Source of the DNA: Thermodesulfobacteriota bacterium
GTDB taxonomy: Bacteria > Desulfobacterota > Desulfobacteria > Desulfobacterales > SURF-7
DNA length: 64,000 bases
Assembly (NCBI GenBank): GCA_049320885.1
Contig: JBMORA010000013.1
Location: 1 to 64,000 of the forward strand
Reading direction: 5' to 3'
Shown here: positions 57,878 through 64,000 of the stretch, one piece after another
Layout of the letters: each line of letters opens with the position of its first letter
Numbering within the stretch: the stretch's first letter is position 1
The notes under the pieces: model-generated
The model's input: the letters and a program-made list of their open reading frames with translations, nothing else
Told to the model about the DNA's origin: nothing
The model's database searches: none
Position numbers and translations under genes: made by a program

Positions 57878-58684
57878 TCAACCCTGATGTCGGTCCCGAT
57901 GTTTCCCGGGGATGGGGGTCACCCGGGGGTAAGGCCCCAGGGGATTCCGGTCCAGCAGCAGATCACATCCATAAGCAGTTTTCAGGATGTCGTCGCTCAA
58001 GACCGCCCGCGGTTCACCCTGGCCGGCAACCGCGCCGTCTTTCAACAGCAGCAACCGATCCCCGTACATGGCAGCCAGATTCAAATCGTGGGAGACCATC
58101 ACGATGGTGACCCCCTTTTCCTGTTTCAGACGCTCCATGACATCCATGATGCGGATCTGGTGAGCCAGGTCCAGCGAGGCGGTGGGTTCATCCAGAAGCA
58201 AAATTTCCGGTTGCTGGCAGATGGCCCTTGCGATGAAAACGCGTTGGCATTCACCGCCGCTCAACCGGTTGAGTTTCCGGCGGGCCAGATGTTCGATGCC
58301 GGTAAAGGCAAGGGCCTGGCGGGCGATCTCGCGGTCTTCCCGGCCCTCGACGCCGAATACGCCCAGATAAGGCGACCGGCCCATCAACACCAGTTCCATG
58401 ACGGTAAACGGGAAATCCGGGGTCGTCGTCTGGGGCACGTAGGCGATTTTCCGCGCGAGACTCCTTCGCCCGTAAGATCCGATGGCCCGCCCCTGAAGGG
58501 CAACCTTCCCGGAAATGCGGCCGGTTACGCCGGCGAGCACTTTTATCAAGGTGGTCTTTCCGGAACCATTGGGGCCTATGATGATGAAAAGTTCCGCCTC
58601 CTGAACGGAAAACGACACATTCCGGAGAACCGGTATCTCCCGGTAGGAAAAATTCAGCGCCTGGATTTCAAGAGCGGTTTTCAT
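57878..58684 (-). CDS. ABC transporter ATP-binding protein (cobalamin/Fe-chelate type, BtuD-like)
   Basis: GPNGSGKT, LSGGECQRV, LLLDEPT, VSHDLN. Confidence 0.92.
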   Translation of the reverse strand: MKTALEIQALNFSYREIPVLRNVSFSVQEAELFIIIGPNGSGKTTLIKVLAGVTGRISGKVALQGRAIGSYGRRSLARKIAYVPQTTTPDFPFTVMELVLMGRSPYLGVFGVEGREDREIARQALAFTGIEHLARRKLNRLSGGECQRVFIARAICQQPEILLLDEPTASLDLAHQIRIMDVMERLKQEKGVTIVMVSHDLNLAAMYGDRLLLLKDGAVAGQGEPRAVLSDDILKTAYGCDLLLDRNPLGPYPRVTPIPGKHRDRHQG

Positions 58685-59691
58685 CTTCCCGACCGTTTCA
58701 ATAAGAAAATGAACAGCGGCGCCCCGAACATGGCGGTGATGACGCCGGCCGACATTTCACCCTGGGCCGGAAGCACCCTGGCCAGCAGATCGCACAGCAC
58801 CATATAGGCCCCGCCGCCCAGAACACAGGCGGGCATCAGGACCCGGTGATCCGGACCCAGCAGCAGGCGCAGGAGATGCGGAATCACCAGTCCGACAAAA
58901 CCGATCAGTCCGCAATGACTGACCGTCGCGCTGACCATGAAGGAAGTGACCACCAAAAGGATCAGGATGACCGCCTTGACATTGATCCCCATGGTCTGGG
59001 CCAGATCGCCCCCCAGCAGCAGCAGATTCATATTGTTGGATAAACGGAAAATCACCAGGAAACAGGGCGCCAGCATCAGGGCCAGCATTCCCGCTTGCGG
59101 GAGGTCGGTGGAGGCCAGATCCCCCATCAGCCAGAACATGATGGTATGGAGACGGGAATCCTGGGTCAATGAAATCAAGAACATAATCACCGCCGTGCAA
59201 AACGCGTTGACCATGACGCCGGACAGCAGCAGGGCGTCCTTGATCATCACGGTCTGACCGGAGGAAAGGGCCAGAATCAGCATCAGCGTCGCGGAGCTGC
59301 CGCAAAAAGCGCTCAGACTGACTCCCGGGAAAGGCGCCAGTCCCAGCAGAATCCCGAGGATCGCGCCGATGGCCGCCCCTCCCGAGATTCCCAAAATATA
59401 CGGTTCCGCGAGAGGATTCCGCAACAGGGCCTGGAAAACGAGTCCTCCGGAAGACAGGGCCGCGCCCACCAGGGCCGCCAGGATCACCCGGGGGAACCGG
59501 ATCCGCCAGATGATATTGCTCAGCATCGGATCCACGCCCTCGCCGCCTGTGAGGGAGAGCCAGACGGCTTTCGCATTGCCGCCGGTGCTTCCCATGGAAA
59601 GGCCCAGGAACATGGCGCCCAGAAGCAGCAGGAACAGGAAACTGTTGATGATCAGCAGACGTTTGATGACCATCGGCGCGCCCCGGCTCAT
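58681..59691 (-). CDS. ABC transporter permease (FecCD/BtuC family)
   Basis: IRFPRV, QALLRNPLAEPYILGISGGA, FWLMGDL, IGFVGLVIPH; ATG at 59691 overlaps the upstream stop (ATGA). Confidence 0.92.
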   Translation of the reverse strand: MSRGAPMVIKRLLIINSFLFLLLLGAMFLGLSMGSTGGNAKAVWLSLTGGEGVDPMLSNIIWRIRFPRVILAALVGAALSSGGLVFQALLRNPLAEPYILGISGGAAIGAILGILLGLAPFPGVSLSAFCGSSATLMLILALSSGQTVMIKDALLLSGVMVNAFCTAVIMFLISLTQDSRLHTIMFWLMGDLASTDLPQAGMLALMLAPCFLVIFRLSNNMNLLLLGGDLAQTMGINVKAVILILLVVTSFMVSATVSHCGLIGFVGLVIPHLLRLLLGPDHRVLMPACVLGGGAYMVLCDLLARVLPAQGEMSAGVITAMFGAPLFIFLLKRSGR

Positions 59692-60623
59692 GGCGTTGAT
59701 CCCCTGGGCCCGGTTTCGAACAGTTCCGGATGAATCAGGCGCGCCAGCAGTTCCAGTCCATCCACCAGCCGGGGGCTGGCCCGGTCCAGCAGGTTGGAAT
59801 CCGCCAGCAGAATCCGGTCGTTTTTTACCGCCGGCATGTCGGGCCACCTTCGCCATTCGGCTTTCACTTTGTCGAAAACCCCTCCCCGCTCCATAGAGGT
59901 GATGATCAGGACTTCCGGCGCCAGCGCGATCACTTGTTCCCGGGATAGTCGCGGATACGGCAAGGGGCCTTCCGTCAGGTTGCGGCCTCCGGCCATGACG
60001 ATCAATTCATGGATGAAGGTGTGGGTTCCGACGCTGACAATGGGGGCGATTCCGATCTGAAAAAAGACGGTCGGCGTTCCGCCGGCTCCGACGACCGTCT
60101 CCCGGACGATTCCGATGCGCCGGCGCATATCGCCGACGATTTCTTCCGCCCGGTCCGAAGCATCCAGCAGGGAGCCGATTTCCGTGATGGTGTCCATCAC
60201 CGCGGCCAGATTTCGGGGGTCCACGGCATAAACCGGTATGGCCAGGGACTCCAGCCGGCGGATGACGGTCAAGGGGTTTCCATCCTTGACGGCGATGCAC
60301 AAATCCGGGCGCAAAGCGACGATTTTTTCCACATCCAGGTGCACATAGGAACCCACCTGGGGCAGGTCCAGGGCCGCCTGCGGATAATCGCTGTACTGGG
60401 TGACACCCTTCAGACGATGGCCCTGATCCAGGGCAAAAATGATTTCGGCGATACTTGGCGCCAAGGCGATGATGCGTCGGGGATGGGCCGGTATCGACAC
60501 CCGACGTCCCAACTGATCCGTTACGGCTCGGCCGGCCGTGGCTGCCGGACCGGAAATCGCGACCAGGAGAAAGACCACGAAGCCGACCACGATTCGCCTT
60601 ATGTTCCGTTCGGCGCCGGTCAT
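59688..60623 (-). CDS. Cobalamin-binding periplasmic protein (BtuF-like)
   Basis: TDQLGR.V, PRRIIALAPSIAEIIFAL, GVTQYSDYP, EKIVALRPDL, AVKN, RASPRL; downstream of a B12 riboswitch; start estimated. Confidence 0.88.
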   Translation of the reverse strand: MTGAERNIRRIVVGFVVFLLVAISGPAATAGRAVTDQLGRRVSIPAHPRRIIALAPSIAEIIFALDQGHRLKGVTQYSDYPQAALDLPQVGSYVHLDVEKIVALRPDLCIAVKDGNPLTVIRRLESLAIPVYAVDPRNLAAVMDTITEIGSLLDASDRAEEIVGDMRRRIGIVRETVVGAGGTPTVFFQIGIAPIVSVGTHTFIHELIVMAGGRNLTEGPLPYPRLSREQVIALAPEVLIITSMERGGVFDKVKAEWRRWPDMPAVKNDRILLADSNLLDRASPRLVDGLELLARLIHPELFETGPRGSTP

Positions 60624-60697
60624 GATTCGTCTCCGGCAAGGCGCCGCGGCTCCGATGATGAACTCTCCAGATCTTCCAATATTCCGGTCCTTGCCAT

Positions 60698-60729
60698 AAA
60701 AAATCCGTCCCCTGATTAGCGGGACGGAT
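60698..60729 (-). terminator. Intrinsic terminator, expression platform of the cobalamin riboswitch
   Basis: Minus strand atccgtccc-gctaatcag-gggacggat followed by TTTTT, between the aptamer and the btuF start. Confidence 0.8.
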
Positions 60730-60784
60730 GGAAACGGCTTTGAACGGATCCACACCGGCCCCGACCGCGAAGGCATTCTCGGTT

Positions 60785-60953
60785 CATCATCCGGGCAGGT
60801 CTCCTGGCTTGTGGATCTCCCTACTGGTCGCCTCTTCCCGTTCCAATCGCTTTGAACAGTGAGCGCCTGCGACGGTCGTCCCCACTCACAGTGGCGGGCC
60901 CGCAGCGGAATCACACCGCTTTCCCTGTTATGCCCCACGGGCGCCCGGATGAC
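60785..60953 (-). ncRNA. Cobalamin (AdoCbl) riboswitch
   Basis: Minus strand: AACAGGGAAAGCGGTGTGATTCCG, GCCCGCCACTGTGA, CACTG...GGGAAG, B12 box AAGCCAGGAGACCTGCC; P1 TCATCCGGGC/GCCCGGATGA. Confidence 0.95.
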
Positions 60954-61213
60954 ATCTTTCTGGAAGCTTAGAACACCGAAACCGCATGAAAAGTCAATAT
61001 AAAAATAGAACCGCGCGCCCGATGATCCTCCCGGGGCGGAAGTCGCCGGTCCGGTGAGAAAGCCGGGAAATTTCCCCATTATGAATTCCCTACACACAAT
61101 ATACAGTATTCATGTTGACTTGAGGTCACAATCTATATATGAAACACCCAATACCATCCATGCTAGACACAATCACGGATTGCATCCGGACTTCACTGAA
61201 TGGGGAGGAGTGC

Positions 61214-63499
61214 ATGAAAGGCGGTTCCATCCGGAAAAAAATCACCAGCGCCAGCACCATGGGAGTTGCGGCCATGGCGCTTCTGATGGTGGGTGTCCTG
61301 CTGTTGCAGCAACGGGAAATCCGCGGGCTCAGCCGTTCCACTCAGGAGAATATCGGCAACGAGCTGCTGGAATTGACGAAAAGTGAAACCGCCAAAGTCG
61401 CCCGCGGTGTTTACCTCATGTGTCAGGCGATCCAGGAAGCCACGGAGCAGAAAGTGGTTTCCGATCTCAAGGTCGCCCGGGAGATCCTGAACCGGACCGG
61501 CGAGGTTTCCTTTTCAGACGAAACCGTGGCTTGGGAGGCCGTCAACCAGTTCACCCAAAAAACGGAAAAGATCGTATTGAGAAAAATGATGGTCGGCGAT
61601 ACCTGGCTGGGGCAGAACACCGACCCGGCGGTTCCGTCTCCGGTGGTGGATAAGACCAAGTCCCTGGTGGGCGGAACCTGCACCATTTTTCAGCGTATGA
61701 ATCCGGTCGGTGACATGCTGCGCGTGTGCACCAATGTCAAAAAAACGGACGGACGTCGGGCCATCGGCACCTTCATCCCGGCCATCGGCACCAAAAACGA
61801 TCCCACCCTGCCCAATCCGGTGGTCCAGACGGTCTTGCAGGGCAAAACCTTCACCGGCCGCGCCTTCGTGGTGGATGACTGGTATATCACCTCGTATGAA
61901 CCCATCAAGGACAAGGATGACGCCGTGGTGGGGGTCCTGTACGTCGGCGTCAAACAGGGAAATGTGGACTGCCTGAAAAAAGGGATCCAGAAAACCGTGG
62001 TCGGCAAAACCGGATACGTGTATGTGCTGGGCGCCGAGGGTGAACAGAAAGGCGTCTATATCCTATCCAAGGACGGCAAACGGGACGGCGAAAACATCCT
62101 CGATTCCCGGGATTCCGAGGGTAATTATTTCATCCGCGATATCATCAACAAGGCCCTGGCCATGAAGCCGGCGACAGGGGAAGAGGAGATCCCCATCGAC
62201 TATCAACGCTATCCCTGGATCAACAAGGAAGCAGGCGAAAACCAGGCCCGCATGAAAATCGCGGCCATCGCCTATTTCAGGCCCTGGGATTGGGTCATCG
62301 GCGCCGGCGTGTACGAAGATGACTACCAGGACGTTCATTTCCGGATCCAGCATGCGCTGGGCAAAATCGATGCCGCCATCGTTTCCATGATTTTATGGAC
62401 CGTATTTTCCGCCGCGCTGCTGACGACGATTTTCTTTTTCGTCTCCCTTTTCATGGCCCGATCCATCTCCGCACCCTTGAATCAGGCGGGCAATGTGCTG
62501 AAAGACATCGCCGAAGGGGAAGGAAATCTCAAGGCGCGATTGGGCATTCACAGCGACGATGAGGTCGGCGGCCTTGCCAGGTACTTCAACCTGTTTGTGG
62601 AAAAGCTGGCCGGCATCATCCGGGACGTCAGCACCAATTCGGAACAGTTGAACCGTTCGGCGGCCAGATTTTCCGATCTGGCCCAAAGCATGTCCCGTTC
62701 GGCCGCCGAGACATCCCAGCAATCCAACGCCGTGGCGAGCTCGTCGGAGGAAATGAGTTCCAGCATGAGCGCCATCGCCTCCTCCATGGAGCAGATTTCA
62801 ACCAACGCGAATATCGTCGCATCGTCCGTGGAGGAAATGACTTCGACCATCAACGAGATTTCGGCCAATTCGGAAAAAGCCCGCTTCATCAGCGGCGAAG
62901 CCGTCACCCAGGCCGGAACAGCATCCAAGCGGGTGCAGGCCCTCGGGCAGGCAGCCCAGGAAATCGGCAAAGTCACCGAAGCCATCAATGAAATCTCCGA
63001 ACAGACCAATCTTCTGGCCCTGAACGCCACCATCGAAGCGGCGCGCGCCGGCGAGGCCGGCAAGGGGTTCGCGGTGGTGGCCAATGAAATCAAGGAACTG
63101 GCCAGGCAAACCGCTGGCGCCACCCAGGAAATCAAGGCCAGAATCCACGGCATCCAGGATTCCACCTCCGGAACGGTGGGCGATATCGAAAACATCTCCG
63201 CCGTCATCAACCAGATCAACGAAATCGTGGCCATGATCGCCGCCTCCATCGAGGAACAATCCGTGACCACCCGGGAGATAGCCGGCAATATCGCCCAGAG
63301 CTCCGCCGGTATTCAGGAAGTGAATCAGAATATTTCCCAGATTTTGAACGCCTCCGCCAATATCGCCGGTGAGATCACGGGCGTCAGTCGGCAGGCCCAT
63401 GAAATGGCTGATAACAGCCGAATGCTGAACGGCGGAGCCGAGGAACTTCGGAATCTATCGGAAAAACTGAAGGCACTGGTGGAGCGTTTCAAGATATAG
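61214..63499 (+). CDS. Methyl-accepting chemotaxis protein with Cache 3/Cache 2-type periplasmic sensor
   Basis: Two TM helices; [19 protein letters not shown]...[56 protein letters not shown] before ATG 61214. Confidence 0.94.
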   Translation: MKGGSIRKKITSASTMGVAAMALLMVGVLLLQQREIRGLSRSTQENIGNELLELTKSETAKVARGVYLMCQAIQEATEQKVVSDLKVAREILNRTGEVSFSDETVAWEAVNQFTQKTEKIVLRKMMVGDTWLGQNTDPAVPSPVVDKTKSLVGGTCTIFQRMNPVGDMLRVCTNVKKTDGRRAIGTFIPAIGTKNDPTLPNPVVQTVLQGKTFTGRAFVVDDWYITSYEPIKDKDDAVVGVLYVGVKQGNVDCLKKGIQKTVVGKTGYVYVLGAEGEQKGVYILSKDGKRDGENILDSRDSEGNYFIRDIINKALAMKPATGEEEIPIDYQRYPWINKEAGENQARMKIAAIAYFRPWDWVIGAGVYEDDYQDVHFRIQHALGKIDAAIVSMILWTVFSAALLTTIFFFVSLFMARSISAPLNQAGNVLKDIAEGEGNLKARLGIHSDDEVGGLARYFNLFVEKLAGIIRDVSTNSEQLNRSAARFSDLAQSMSRSAAETSQQSNAVASSSEEMSSSMSAIASSMEQISTNANIVASSVEEMTSTINEISANSEKARFISGEAVTQAGTASKRVQALGQAAQEIGKVTEAINEISEQTNLLALNATIEAARAGEAGKGFAVVANEIKELARQTAGATQEIKARIHGIQDSTSGTVGDIENISAVINQINEIVAMIAASIEEQSVTTREIAGNIAQSSAGIQEVNQNISQILNASANIAGEITGVSRQAHEMADNSRMLNGGAEELRNLSEKLKALVERFKI

Positions 63500-63513
63500 G
63501 CCGGCTGCCTCGC

Positions 63514-64000
63514 CTAAAGCGGTATACGCGAAACAGCCCCGGCATCCAGAATCTCAAAAACCGCCTGTTTGATCTTCCCCAGCTCCGCCGGTTTTTCCAA
63601 AAACCGGATTTGATCGCGCTGGAAAAGCGTTCGTTCTTCATCGTTGGGGTTCCCGGAAAGAAAGAGAAACCGCCTACCCACTTCCGGGTGGACTTTCGAC
63701 AGGGAACGGTAGAATTCCGGTCCATCCATCACCGGCATGTTCACATCACTGACGATAACGGCATAATACCCATCCAGGGCCATGCGCAGCGCCTCCGCTC
63801 CGTTGGTCGCAACATCCACCAGCCCATACTTTTTCAACGTTTCCTTGAGGATTTCCGTGATGGGTGGAAAATCATCCACCACCAGGATGCGTTCCCGCCA
63901 GATGGTGGGCAGGGTTGTGATGCGGGGCAGATAATGGGAGGCTTTCGGATGTTTTTCGATTTCATGTTCGATCCAGCGGAGGTGGTGTTGAATTTTCGGG
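63514..64000 (-). CDS. Receiver-domain-containing protein, 5' end outside the window
   Basis: Frame open to the window edge (…IWRERILVVDD...IVSDVNMP...FLSG...LEKP). Confidence 0.85.
   Translation of the reverse strand, partial: PKIQHHLRWIEHEIEKHPKASHYLPRITTLPTIWRERILVVDDFPPITEILKETLKKYGLVDVATNGAEALRMALDGYYAVIVSDVNMPVMDGPEFYRSLSKVHPEVGRRFLFLSGNPNDEERTLFQRDQIRFLEKPAELGKIKQAVFEILDAGAVSRIPL

Noticed and set aside
60624..61097. N-terminal 158-aa extension of the BtuF ORF
   Set aside because: It runs through the cobalamin riboswitch and terminator; the signal-peptide-like sequence begins near 60623.
1..64000. Selenocysteine read-through, programmed frameshifts, tRNA or rRNA genes
   Set aside because: All recognised genes are full length without internal TGA or frame breaks, and no cloverleaf or rRNA-like segment was seen in the intergenic gaps.

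Overview
A GC-rich bacterial chromosome segment. Gene content (qrcABCD, bacterial-type CODH/ACS cluster, methylmalonyl-CoA pathway, system II cytochrome c maturation) points to a completely oxidising sulfate reducer of the Desulfobacterales type; this is an inference from gene content only. From left to right: a TetR-led methylmalonyl-CoA mutase/MeaB/carboxyltransferase operon; fabH; a 1360-aa internally duplicated membrane protein; cheX, CAP and PilZ genes; a methyltransferase-amrS-ubiA(mqnP-like)-ubiX cluster; three tandem histidine kinases; aqpZ, ecotin, a lipoprotein and an MFS transporter; comEC; murA; resB-ccsB-qrcABCD plus an unannotated 52-aa membrane ORF; an AT-richer ~2.8-kb island (MT-A70 methyltransferase, RAYT-type HUH/Y1 transposase, orphan solute-binding protein) organised by three copies of a repeat; an HD-GYP-like gene; the Wood-Ljungdahl carbonyl-branch cluster (RACo, acsD, cooS, acsB, acsC, acsE) downstream of a cobalamin-riboswitch-controlled btuFCD-like transporter; an MCP; and a partial receiver-domain gene. 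No tRNA, rRNA or CRISPR array was seen. The best candidate for an undescribed system is the RAYT island, whose repeats bracket both the transposase and a passenger gene in a cassette-like way. All calls come from reading motifs by eye; no database searches were run.
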